From NCBI RefSeq assembly GCF_025526975.1, contig NW_026515681.1:682001-746000 (forward strand): DNA of 64,000 bases, read 5' to 3'. A program made the translations under genes and the position numbers. The notes beneath the pieces are model-generated. The model had not been told where the DNA came from. It was given only the letters and a program-made list of their open reading frames with translations, and ran no database searches. Source of the stretch: Fimicolochytrium jonesii. Lineage: Eukaryota. Below are positions 47,342-60,147 of the stretch, piece after piece; within the stretch, counting starts at the first letter, position 1, and each line of letters begins with the position of its first letter.

Positions 47342-48664
47342 TCATCCTCTCTCGCAAGCCTCAATCCGCACACTCAACTCCTCCCAGCTCATTTCCCTGA
47401 ATCCCGCGCACGCCTTGCTGTCGTCCTCTCCTAACCCCATACCCTCACCCCGCCCATTGACCCGATGATCTACACTCATCATATTCCCATCCTTTGCGTT
47501 CCTCCCATCATTCCCACTCGACCCCACAGCGGTATCCTCACTGGTGTGATTATCAGACACAGGAAGGTAGCAATACGCCGCCGGATGGTACGAGTCGAGA
47601 TAAGACATGTGGAACGTGTATTGCGCCTGCGGGATGTTGTCGAGGGAGACGGTGATGTGCGGGGTGGCGGCGATGTCGTCGTGCAGTGCATGTCCTGGAG
47701 CAGCATCGTTCTTGTCCTGCCCGTAAAAAACACATCAATCCACACGTACAGCACACAGCAAAGAGGGGAAATCGGAAAGTACATACTGCATCCTTGACAC
47801 AAAACTCCACCCTCATCAAATCCAACCCCAGCCCGATCCCTATCGCCTTCACAAAACTCTCTTTCAAAGCCCAAAGCGTCACGAACCGTCTCAATCGCTC
47901 CGCATTCAGAGTATGTTTGCGCAACATCTCCGCCCTCGCGCTCCTCTTCCTGCCGCCATCACCCTCCTGTGTTGTCTCGCCGTTGATGTACCCCCATTCA
48001 TTCGGGGTGAAAATCTCGTCAAAGGCCGCGAAGTATTCGTCGAGGGTCTCGTTGGTGGGCTTCTCGAACCGCGACACGTCGACGCCGAGTTGCGACCCGT
48101 ACCCGGCCGCGACGATGACCCAGTCGCCGTGGTGGGAAATGTTGAAGAGGAGGTGGGGGATATCTGGAAATGACTGCATTTTTTTTTTTGCGAAATCACT
48201 TAGAAGAACCACACACGCGCAAAAAAAACAAACGAAAAACCAAACAACATGGGTTTGCAAAAGAGCTTACCAAAAACGGCTTCCCGTATTTATCCCTCTC
48301 GACCTTTACGTCCGCCCATTTTTCCCTTGATGGCGCCGGGATGAGCGCCATGACGGCGGCGCGGGCGATGAGCTGGCCGATGAGTGCGCGGCGGGCGTCC
48401 ATGGGGAAGCGGAAGCGTTTAATTTTGGTGCGTTCGTGCGCCGGGATTTTCGTTAGGAGGGTTTGGATCAACTGGGCCGAGGGTAGAAGGATCATGAATG
48501 GAAGAGTTCGGCAAATGACACGTAGATGCGGAAGTCATAAATCAAAACATCCCTCTACAACGAAAACGCTCAAGTAGGGTCGGGGATCATAAGAGACATA
48601 CCTCAGGCGTCGGCTTCCACGTCGCGACATGGAACGACCATCTGATCATCCGCGGCTGGTCCAT
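47342..48664 (-). CDS. Sfp/Lys5 (AASDHPPT)-type 4'-phosphopantetheinyl transferase
   Basis: Exon 1 MDQPRMIRWSFHVATWKP; ER..IKRFRF..DARRALIGQL; RDKYGKP; FNISHHGDWV; LGVDV; FTPNEW; WALKESFVKAIGIGL. Confidence 0.9.
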
Positions 48665-51600
48665 TGTGATATGTGATTATCTCAATGGTTCCTAATACCG
48701 ACTGTCAAGATCAGGGATGTCTATACGCTTCGGTGAGGGCAATGCCTGACGGGCGGTGGTCGCATTAGCTCAGAGGAAATGAAGTGATTGACAATCGCTA
48801 GGCGGTGGACATTACCCGATGACTTTCGAGCGATGTAATCCTCCCGCGTCAGGTTGCAATGCGGGGGGTGGCGGGTATGTTGGCTCGTCAAGCTTGTGGT
48901 TAGCTATACGTTCTTTCTCTGTTCTGTGCTGGTGAGTTTTGAGGTTCAAGTGAGGGTGCAGATGCGCTGAAGATGCATGCTTTTCTCTGGGTCTTCCGGT
49001 GATGCGTCCGACTGAAGCTTCGACAGACAGGGTGGGTATGCCTAAAATGTTCTCGGCGTTCACGTCTACAGGGAAGGAAACGAGCAAGAGCAAAGGCAAA
49101 GATTAGATGCGAGTTTGCCTCTCGGCATGCCCTAGTTGGGGGGTGGCGAGCGGGATGGGAGAAGCATCTCAGATCACATGCGACATAGGCTCCCAGGGAT
49201 GCAATATCTTATCAGCTCACCTCCTCAACCACGATTTTTCCCAAAAGGAAGAGGGATGATTCTCATATGCCAATAAATGGCAAGAGAAAAAAAACAACAG
49301 CCGAACGCCAAAAGATTTTCGGGGGTGGATGTACACCCAATTTTGCCTATATACTCACATCAACCTCCCCAACGGGTGCGCGAACGGAGTAAAATGAGAT
49401 GAACATTGTTGTCGATTATTCGTGCGGGTAGATAGATCGTAGAAGGTGTATGGATCAGGATGGAGTTCGAAGACGCTCACAAATGACGGCGGCTGGTGTA
49501 ATTGGGCAACGGGTTCTTGTTGGGAACGAATGTGAAGGGCTTGAGCAGTCTACTCTCCGCCGAATACGCAGGGCAGGGGTGGATGTGAGCTGTAATCCCC
49601 GGCCATGTGAGTGCAAATGTGGTGGTAGACAACGAGCAGGGTGCATCGGCGCCATGTTCGATAGCTTCCTTCCTGTAGTACTTCGTATGCTCCGTTTGTG
49701 CTGTGTTGGGAAACTGTGGATATCTCTGCGCCGCGGTGTCGGGCGGAACGTTGAGCAGTCGCCAATCGTTTTAAGCATGGAGCTACGAAATCAGACTTGT
49801 AGAGGTCCCATGGCCGACGCACAAAGTGGGACCGGAAAACGCTCCCGGCGCGAAGGTTTGCGAGCGGATCCAGTTATGAGTATTTTTTACGTGCGGTTCC
49901 CTCGTATCGCAGCGGAGGGCCTTTGGATTCGAGTCATACAGAACAGCTACCGGTTACCCATTGCTGTCTTGCGTCAGTGATCTAGTTGCAAACGCACACT
50001 TTACAGAGTCGCAGCATTAATGTCGATGGACCGCGCGGTGCGTTACCATGTCCTGCTGGTATTCTGGCTGGTATTCGATGAAGGCAGATTTGCAATTTTT
50101 TTTCGGAATCCACCCAGATAAAAGTTTGACCGTCGGTATGTAATGATAAGGCTCAAATCCTTCACGTCGCTGCCAGAGCTGGATGTGTGTGGGCCAATAG
50201 CTTGTCCAGTAGACATCTGAGGCCGAATATCCTGCCGTTGCCTTTGGTTTACTCCGACATCCCTTTCTGCTGTGTCTTCCAGTTCCCTGTCAACACCTTG
50301 CGGGTGTATTTGCGATGTAAGGGAAGACGTACAAGAAACGAATACAAGCGAAGGAAGCAAGGAAGGTTGGAAAACGCTCCCCTTCCGAGGGGGAAATGCA
50401 GCGAGCGGAGTTTACGAGACGCGGAGCATAGTAAAAACGAAAAGCGACAGGTGACTCATCCTTGGAATCGACAGTATTGGACCCTGTCAACTGCAAGACC
50501 TCCAGCGTTTACCTTGGAGGTCAGACGTCAAGGATCCATCCATTCGAGAAACATCCTTGTATATGCACTTTGCTGTGGAAAAGATGCTAGACGCTGGTGC
50601 TCCCGCCGACTGTACATAGCTTCTAGTCGTGACCGCAATCAAACACATACTCAGGGGGGAACAATTTAGGCAAATTATCGTCTGAAGCTCTTCAAATTCA
50701 CAGTAAGGCGAGTTGTTAGACTTCTCAAGCGCAGCTGCAAACTCATCCGCTCCTCCACACGGTTCCATGCGTGCTAAGTGCTGGGGAGAAACGTACTCTG
50801 CAAGTACATACGACAGAAGAGTGCCCTCTGGATTTCCAAGGAAAGAGTCTGGCTGCAGGGGTTCGGCCGCAACGTAAATATCTATATTGTCCCATCTCCG
50901 CTCTTCGCTTCGAGTTCAGAAAACGACCCAAACCCCGGGCGGCGCCATCGTCCCCGCCCAACGAAGACTCGAGCAGTTCCGCGACACAGCATCCCGTTGG
51001 TCATCATAACGTGCGAAAGGGGCGGCTTGTCCTGTCTTGATGAGGTGTGTCTGCTGGCGGTTCTGCTAGGATTCGTGTCGATGCTGACAATTGGGATCAT
51101 ACGGGCGACCGTTGCCGTTGCAACTGTGAGCTCGTTTTTCGGGGAGGGATGTTTGGGAGGGAGGCATTTATTGTACGCGTGGGAGATGTGAACGGGGAGG
51201 AACGCAGAAGGGTGTTTTTGATATAGTCTTTTTATTTTGCTGGGTTGTCGCCTTGCAGCCGTGCTTTCAGTCAGGACAATGTGTACATGGGGATGGCGCA
51301 GGGCTTGGTATCTACCCGGGACTTGAACATTGGCAGTACTGTACATGAAGATACCTGGGGCCTTCTCCTGCAACTCTGTCCATCTCCGATAGAGATGACT
51401 TAGCTTCATGAATTCATCATCTTCCCCATCTCTTTCAGAGACCAACTCTACGGCAAGCTCCTAAACGACCTCATAATGCCGCTCACCGCCGTCCTCGTCA
51501 TGGAAAACTCGACAACCATCATCGACACCCCACAATTGTGACGGTACCTGAGCAACATAGAGTGGTCTAGCTACGAAAGTGCAAGACATAGATCAGATCA

Positions 51601-52086
51601 ATGTGTTGATGTAGATATTGCTCCCACGGAGGCGGCGGTGAGGAGACCGGATTGCGGTCGCTCCGACATTTCGTCCATCCTTACTGGCCTCCCAGGGTTG
51701 AAGTTCGTAAGGAGCGGGATTGCTCACCTCAGCCGCAGAAGTGTTCTCTGTCCGAAGAGCGCCAGGGAGCGGCCCGTTTGCACGATTTTTGTGGGTATTG
51801 CACAGAGAAGAGGATTTTGCGGGGTACTAATGAGCCAGAAGAACCCGGGTCCCAAAAACTCTGTCGCTGCTGCTCTACGTTCATCTCTACAAGGTTTCTT
51901 TGTGCGTCACATATCAATAGGCAGAATATCAGAGTAAGGCCAGAGTGAACATTGATGTATGTACATGAAGTCGGGATACAATGCAAAAGAGGTCGGATTA
52001 AGATGTTGGTCTACGTAAAAAAAAACATTTCAAGGAGATGCGAATATCAAATGGGAAGCGGATGTGTACGCCGTGATGACCTGAAT

Positions 52087-55000
52087 TCAGTCCTTACCTG
52101 AGCTCGCTTTCATTAATTGACTGAACAGCGAGTCAGGTCGGCCAAGCAACACCTCCGGTCGTTCAAACTCAGCAACGGAGCCATCGCTCATTACCAACAC
52201 TTTGTCAAAGCCGGCGATAACCGGCTCCTGCAAACGATGCATCACAGACAGTACCGTGGCGTGCGGACACCGCTCACGGATAATCTTATGTATTGTCTGC
52301 TCCGTCTTCGCGTCAACAGAGCCGGTGGCTTCGTCAAGGAGGAGGATGCGCGGGTTGTCGAGGACGGCCCGTGCAAGGCAGAGGAGTTGGCGTTGCCCGG
52401 CCGAGATGGACTCCCCGTTGCCCGTGACAGGCGTATCCAATTTCTGGGGAAGGGATGAGACGTACGGTTTCATGTCGACGGCTTCAAGCGCGCTCCAGAG
52501 CTGCTCGTCGGTGAGGTTTTGCCTAATGTCGAGGGTGGTGCGGATGGTGCCTGTGAAAGAAAGACGCAGCCTTAGCTTTCGGCGGTCTCACAAAGGCAAT
52601 GCATCAGCTAGTCGGCCAGATTTGCTTACCTGAAAACAGGTATGCATCTTGCACGATGAGGTTGAGTCCATGCCTCAAATCCTCCAGTGCCATAGAATGA
52701 ATCTCCCGATCGTCTACAGTAATGCTGCCCGCATCTCTCTCAATCATGCGCAACAGTGCGAGTAGCAGCGTGCTTTTCCCACTTCCAGTGCGTCCCACCA
52801 TGCAGATGCGTTGACCGGGGAGGATCTCGAGATCGACGTCTTGCAGGCATAATCGGTCAGGCCGGCTCGCGTAGTGCGCCGAGAACCCCTTGACCCTTAT
52901 GTGGCCTTGGCTTGGCCACGCTTTGCTAGGATCTACACGAATGTCTGCACCCTGTGCCTCGGACGGCAATCGATCTGCATATTCCTGCAGTCGGAGTACC
53001 GAGTAAATCTCGCTCTCCAGGTTCGCAATGCTCCGTACGATGATGGTCATGATGTAAGTGAGAGCGGCCGAGTACGCCAACGCCATGCCAAAATTGGATG
53101 CCGTTCCCGCAAAGGAGGTTTCGCCGAGACCCGCGAGAACCGCAATCACGACCGCGGAGATGAGGTCCATGCGCAGGGTTACCCACAGCTCGGCATTGTA
53201 GCGGAGGAAGGATGCTCGATTACTTTGGTCGATCAACTGTTTCGCGCGATGGCGGAAATCGTCTTCGCGGCGGAATGCGGATATGGTGGGGATGCCTTCC
53301 ATGGTTTCGTTGATGTACGAATACAGCGGCGAGCGCTCGGTAGCTTCAAGTCGGCGAAGCTCTCGCGCGGTACGATGGTAATATCGGAAGACAAGGTAGT
53401 AGGCGATCACCATGACACCAAGAACCGCTGCAAGATAAAATACCATGTGTCAGCCGGATGTAGATCTAGAGCCTCAAAGATAGCCAAGGCCATGGACTCG
53501 TATACCCACCAGACATGATTGGAACGTTATACGTAACCGTAACCGCGATGGACAGAAATGTCCCGAGTCCAGCAACCAATTGAAAAAAAATCGGCATCAT
53601 GGCTTGGTCAAGGGCCGCGACGTCGCGAGAGAAGCGGTTGACAATACGCCCGACAGATTGGCTTTCGAACCACGAGAGTGGGGCACGGAGGACACCTTCG
53701 ACCGCGCGCTGATGGAATGTGTTGGATGCTCGAGATACGCCGCGCAGAATATTCGTGTTCATGATGACTATAGACAGAAACGAAGGAGTGTTAGGTCTCA
53801 AAGGAGATCTGCAATCGCTGCCAAAGAGAACTTACTCAGAAGGAAGGCGGCCGTCCAAGCGACGGCGTTGTACCGACCGATCCACCAATCCGTTCCCTGC
53901 ATAAACTTATCCGACGTCCACCACGACAGCCATTGGGTCATAATGACATTTCCCGCCTGGTAGAGCAGGATCTGAACCAAAAGTGAAACGAGTATGAGCC
54001 CGCCACCAGCTGCGTCAATGTAGCTGCGGTAGGTTGACCAGGAGACTGAGTCACTCATCTCTTCCGCTATGATCGTCGCCGGTAGCGTTTCCGCCGACAG
54101 CTCTATTGCTGTATTGCTGGCCGACGTGGCCGCAATGTGAGAAGGTACTTTTGGATCCTCGGCCGTGGTGGCCTCACTGGCATCATCTTGCTCCTCCGAT
54201 GCTCTTGCTTTCCCGGCGAGAAGAGCAGAGAGGTGCGTACCCGCCTTTGAGAGCTCTGTAAATGACCCTTGCTCCAATACCCGTCCTTCGGACATGACGA
54301 TGATAGAGTCGACGGCTTGTAGAAGGTCCAGGTGATGGGTGACCAGGATGCGGGTCTTGGACGCGAGGCCCTGCCGAATGCAGTTCTCGAACACTTCGCG
54401 AGCGACAGTGGCATCCAGAGCGGCGAGGGGATCATCCATGACATATATATCTGCATGTAGAAGGAGGGCCGCACAGTTAGTGTGCTGTTATGCATCGGGT
54501 TTCATAAGCCTTGCGAGCAGCAGCATCCTGCTTACCAGCATCATTATACATCGCTCTAGCACAAGCCAGGCGGGACTTCTGTCCTCCCGAGAGATTGGAT
54601 CCTTTCTCCGCTATGGCGCTATGGATGCCATCTTCGAATGAATCCACATCCCTTTGCATGGCGGTAGCGCGGATGACATTCTGTAGCTTCCGTTCGTCAT
54701 AGGGGAGGCCGAACGTGATATTGTCTTTCACGGTTGTGCTCTGCACCCAGGGCTGCTGGGAAGTGTAGGCAAAAGTCCCACCCACGTACGCCTGGACGAT
54801 GCGACTTGATTAGCGACATTATTTGCCATGCGTGGGCGAATCCTCAGTCACTTACGTAGCCCTCAACGCATTGCATGTGTCCAGTAATCGCAGACAGCAA
54901 ACTTGTCTTCCCCGATCCCACAACCCCGACAATCGCCGTAAGCGATCCCTTCGGAATATTCACATTGATGTCCTTCAGGAAAGCGCTGTCCAGCACAGCC

Positions 55001-58000
55001 GATGTTGCGTTCGCCCCGACGTCCACGGACGTATGATACTCCTTCGGCGCCCATGAGAAAGACGCCTTCTCGATCAGAATGGCAGTTTCTGACGATAACT
55101 TGGTTTCCGCGGCGGGTGCCGAGTGCGACGACCTCTCGGTCACGGGTACTTGACGTTTGGCGGTGAGGAACTGGTACACACGTTTCCAGGATTGACTTGC
55201 GCTCATGATCCCGCTGTTCGATTGAGTACGCGTAAGTCCATGCAAAGTATCTCCTAGCGCTTTGACGTAACAGACCTGAGCGTCTGCGGGAGAGCAATAA
55301 GAGGATCGACCAAAATGCTGAAGAACGCAATAGATGGGAATACAATCGCGGCCTTCATCATATGGCCTTTAGCTGCGTAAAGACTGAACGCACAGACGGG
55401 TGCAATGGTCGTGCCAAGCTAACACATGGGAAAAGTGGGTCAGCCAAACCTGTCCAGAGCCGGCACATTTGTACTCGGGGCTTTTAAACTCACCTGACCG
55501 ACGACAACAAAGCACACTATCCCGATGTTGAATACGAAAAGACTCTTTGCCTGATTGGCGCGCGCGGCAATGATCTTGCTCGCAAAGATCTGTTCCCATA
55601 CTTGCGCTTTGACGAGTTTGATGCCTGTCATGCGCAAACCCATTAGCCGGAAGTATTCACCCCAACAAATGTGAAGGCGAACATGCATCTCGAACATACC
55701 CTGCACAGTCTCCTTGATCAATCGGATCCTCTCGTCATCGAAGCGGGACATCTGCGGCGCCGCACGAGCCATCAAAGCAGGTGCAATGAACATGACGACG
55801 AAGACGGCGCCGATGAGTCCACCGGCGCCTGCCCACACCGATATGCCAAGGATGTGGCCCATGATGGCCAAAACAGTGACAATCTGAGCCGGGATCGCCC
55901 AGAGATCGTGCATTGATTGCAAGCCTCCGGTAATCTGGGCGGGCGGCAAGAGACGGTCAATCAATGCTGTCTCCATGGTGCATTGTGATCCAAAACAAAA
56001 GCACACATACCCCTTCGCAATCCACAGTGACGAGATTAACCACATATCCCTTCGAAAACCGCTGAAAGCTCAAGCTATCCACACTGAGCGTCTTCTCAAA
56101 CACCGCATTGATAAGCGCCGTCTTGACATTAAGCGCAAAACGGCGCATGATCTGCTCACTCCCTCGACCCGCGAATGTGAACAAGATGCGTAATGCCAGG
56201 AGGATCCCTGCATTGATGTAGATCGAGTCAAAGAACAACGGCATCCCGCCCGTGGCTTCTAGGATCGCGTCGTTGTACTTGTCGACGGCTTCGGGCGGGC
56301 CGCTGGGCCGTGGAGGCGCTTGGGAGCAGATGATGATTTGTTGGATGAAGAGTGGGGTCGCTAGCGATGCGGAAATGCAGAGGAGCCAGAGCAAGCCTGC
56401 TGTGCGTCTTCAAATATAGATACGGAAGTAAAGGAAATTGAAAAGCAAAGTCAGTTACTTTCATTCAATCGTTGCAACAAGCATTATATTGTCCAAGAAG
56501 AAGTTGTAAATGTACACGAAAAAAGGCAGGGGTGAGTCGGTGGGCGCGCACTCACATGTAGCCTGTGTTTGCCTTCAGCATATCCCCAAACAGTCCCGGT
56601 GCCTTTCCCTCTCTCCCTCCATCATCCCACTCCCTCACCCTGCGCTCAAAGTCATCCATCGACTTGCTGACCGTCTCGGTCGTATCTTTCACGTTCAATT
56701 TCAGTAGATCATCCGCGGACAATGGTCGGGAGGCGCCGAGTTTCATGAGCGGGGTCATCCACGAAACATCAACGGTTCTGAGCCCGTCGTACATGGTGAG
56801 GTCGCCGGTGTGTGATTGCTTCTGTTGCTCCGTGCCGTGGGCAGTGACAGTCACGTGGTCGACTTTCCCGCTTTTGAGAAGCTCGGTGGTGGAGTCCATG
56901 AACGCTAAGGGGTCGCATATGTCTGGGACGATGGGCTGGACTTCTATCTCGTCTTCGACGATGGAGTCGATGACCTTGACTTGCATGAGGGAGTCTTTCA
57001 TGCTGAGCATGCTTTTCTGGAGTTGGATTTCGTCCATCGTTTCGGGCGAGGTCTGTGTATCTGTGCCCCGCGCGCCGTCCGCTTCTTCTTCGACTCGGGT
57101 TCCGTCGCTGTCGGAGGATGAGTCTTTGACCGCTGGTGACGAGAAGCGGACAAGGAAGCAATGAGTGAGTGAATGGAAGCGGGTATAGAGTGAGAAAGAT
57201 GGCAGATCGCATACCGAGCATCATCCTAGCTAAACGAGTGAGCGTCATCTCGGTATCAAACAGTAGGCACTGTTCTTCCTGGAAATCATAGTTGGTCTGC
57301 AATTTAAAGTACAGACGCAACATAGCAATCGAATGCAGCCCCACATCGGTCAACGGCGCGGTAATATCGATCGTGTTGGCGTCGATCTTCAGGATCTTGG
57401 AAATATCCGCGGCGATCAGGTTGGCCAGGGCCGTGACTTCGCCGTTAGCCGACGACGACCCATCCTGGACGCTCTCGTCTTTCGCCGACATGGTCTTAGA
57501 GTCGTCGACGTCTTCATCCTCGGCATTTTGCGGGGACGCGATGTTCCGTGGTCCCAAGGGCGCCGACCGGCCCTTGACATTGTCTTGCACGACTTCCGCC
57601 GCAGCCACAGGCCCCACCGAGTTCTCCACCGGCGTGCTTGCATCCGCCCACGTCTGCAACAATTGCATATCGACTTTGAAGCTGGCATTGAACGGCATTT
57701 CCGCCAAATGCTGCGGTGCGATTGGCAAAGTCAGCCCATCGTTCTTGACCAAATCTTGCAACAGCCCGCGAATGCACTGCGAAACCATGGCGGACGTTGC
57801 TGACCCGGCATGAAACAGCGTTAACATGTCGCGGTGGACGCCTTTCATGAGCTTGAACGCCGCTACACCCGCCGCGGGGTCCGAGAGGGGTTTCCGAAGC
57901 AGATTCTCTACGTCGTCTAGGTCGATGAACAGGCCGTTGATCTTGATGTTGCGTGACTTGCGGCCCTTGACGACGACGGCGCCGCGGGCGGTATACTCGC

Positions 58001-59481
58001 CTATATCGTCTGAGATGAGGGTTAGCATGTCTAGGTCAGTGCTGATTTCGGGAGCGGTGGCGCGGAACATGTGCTGGGTCGCCGCGTCGTTGCCGAGGTA
58101 GTGCGTGGCGCTGTGCTTTGTGACGAAGCCGATGATGCCGGAGACACCGGTATGCTTGGGGAGTGGGGTGTAGGTGTGTTGGTCGAGGAGAACCAGATCT
58201 TCGCAGCCGTGACAGGGGCGGTAGCATATCTCGCGGGGGATGGTTGTTGCGGGGCCGATGAAGCATTGTGCGATTCCTGCGAAGCCCGATTCTGAGCACT
58301 ATTGCGGAAAAGTACATAAGATTGGTTGTTTCACTCAGGTCAGACGAAGACGCTGTATACCCACAGCATAATTGCACGCAATAGTCGCATTCGGAAACAT
58401 TCGTCTCGCAATAGCCGTCAGATCCCTCGTCACGGCCTCCCCACCCAGCACAAGCCAATACATGCGTTTAAACTTCGGTGACGTATTCCCCGCCATCATC
58501 TTGGCATACTCAAAGAACACGCGAAACGCACTGGGCGTAAAATGTGTGCGCATGGGCTCCGTGTGGGAGCTTTCCTGAAGCTCCCAGAGGAGATTGCGGC
58601 ATTGGTCTTCCATGCTTTTGCCCGGGTCGAGGTGCAGAACGGTTTTGTTGAATGGGAAGCGGCGAACTTCGAACAAAGGGCGGAGGAAGGTCTGCAGCGT
58701 TTGCAGGAGACGAAATTAGTGATGCCGTAAACTTAGAAATATAATCGGGAAGGGACCCTTACCGTTCCTCCACGAAGCCATTGCACATCGTCGGTCTTAA
58801 GAATGTCATCAGATTCTTGCGAAAGGATTTCAAGAGACTTGCGCATGGGATAGACGATTGATTTCGGAACCCCAGTAGATCCGCTAGTGAAAAGTAAGGC
58901 AAGAATGAATCAGCCATCACCTCATGATCGTAGCCTCATATCAAGCTCCCTGAATGAGGCACCTACCTGGTAGGAGTAATGGAGCATATCCTCGGAACAG
59001 AAATGACACGGTCGTTCTCGAGTGACGGGATATGTGGCTCTGATAGAATCGGGATATCGCGAGTCGATACAAAGGTGACGCCCGGTATTGGCACCGCCGG
59101 CTTCTCCGCCTCGCAATAAAGCACGACCGCACATCCACACCGGCGGAGAATGGTTTCGAGAACGGATGCCGACCATTTTGGGTTCAGGAACAGGACGGTC
59201 CGGCCAGCGAGCCAGATTGCATGCGAGCCGGAAACGTAGTCCAACTCCATGCCCGTGTAGAGACCCACTGGGGCACCGCGCGGCGAGTCGGTTGATAACG
59301 ATGTGGAAAGAAGATGCTCGATGTAGGATGCCTGGGACCGCACCCGTTGCCAGATGTCGGTGTATGTCCATGATTGATGTAAGATGCGCAGGGCGTGCAG
59401 GTCTGGGTCGGATTGGGCAACTAAGAGGAGCTCCTCGGTGGGAGACCGCATTGTGAGCGGGTCGGGCGCGACAGAGACCAT
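52087..59481 (-). CDS. Predicted fusion: adenylation domain - carrier (T) domain - full ABCC/MRP-type ABC transporter
   Basis: [10 protein letters not shown] (spliced), [48 protein letters not shown]; in-frame intron 57133-57214 leads to the lasso motif [23 protein letters not shown]1 [24 protein letters not shown]2 [21 protein letters not shown]. Confidence 0.8.
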
Positions 59482-59598
59482 GCTTAAGGCCTTGCTGGGG
59501 CGATGCAGATGTTGATCTTTTGAAACCTTGGTGGTCTTTGGTGTCCAGTGCCAGTGCCGTTGCAGGCTGGCCGTGCGAGGACACCCCGGCGGTCTTCT

Positions 59599-59606
59599 AT
59601 TATATA
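59599..59606 (-). promoter_or_regulatory. TATA box of the A-T-ABC gene
   Basis: TATATAA on the minus strand about 120 nt upstream of ATG 59481. Confidence 0.45.
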
Positions 59607-60055
59607 CCGCCACAACGTTTGCCTCTGCCGACCCGGGAGAACAATCCCAGTTAAACATTCCCTCCTCCTCTTTCTTTTCCCCCGTCACATCCTCCGCACA
59701 CACGTTTGATCCCGCTTGATGGAAAGGATTGTGATATCATCACTTTGCATTCGGCCGTGGATTTCGAAGCACGGCATGTTTTTCCCGTATCTCAGCAACT
59801 CGTTTTGAAAGCAGGCGCCATTTTGTGTCTGGTAATTGCTTCATACGGTTTGTTCTTGAGCCCGCCTCACCGCCGGGCGCAACGTCTTTGCCGGTACGCA
59901 GAAAGATTGGAAACAGGTAGCCGGCCACGTTGTGGCGGAAGGTACCAGTCCCTAAGAAACGCATGCATCCTTATTGCTGTTTTCCTCCGTCCGAGCGCTC
60001 TTGCTTCCGTTTTCCTTGGAGTCTTGGATTGGGGCGACGGCCCGTTGGCCCCGCT

Positions 60056-60147
60056 TTGACAGGTCGGTGTTTTGACGGAGCGACGGCAGACGGAGTGTTT
60101 CCACGCGCGCTGTGACTCATATTGACAGGTTGAGAATATTGACAGGT
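60056..60147. promoter_or_regulatory. Three TTGACAGGT repeats upstream of the A-T-ABC gene
   Basis: TTGACAGGT at about 60056, 60122 and 60139, plus TTGACGG at about 60072. Confidence 0.45.

Noticed and set aside
49400..51950. ORFs between the PPTase and the ABC 3' end (e.g. 50882-51445)
   Set aside because: No motif recognised and splice structure unclear; a degraded or small gene cannot be excluded
56769..57214. ORF-track C-terminal extension after the T domain, implying a stand-alone A-T protein
   Set aside because: The extension reads through a canonical intron and then out of frame across the ABC N-terminal exon; the spliced fusion fits better
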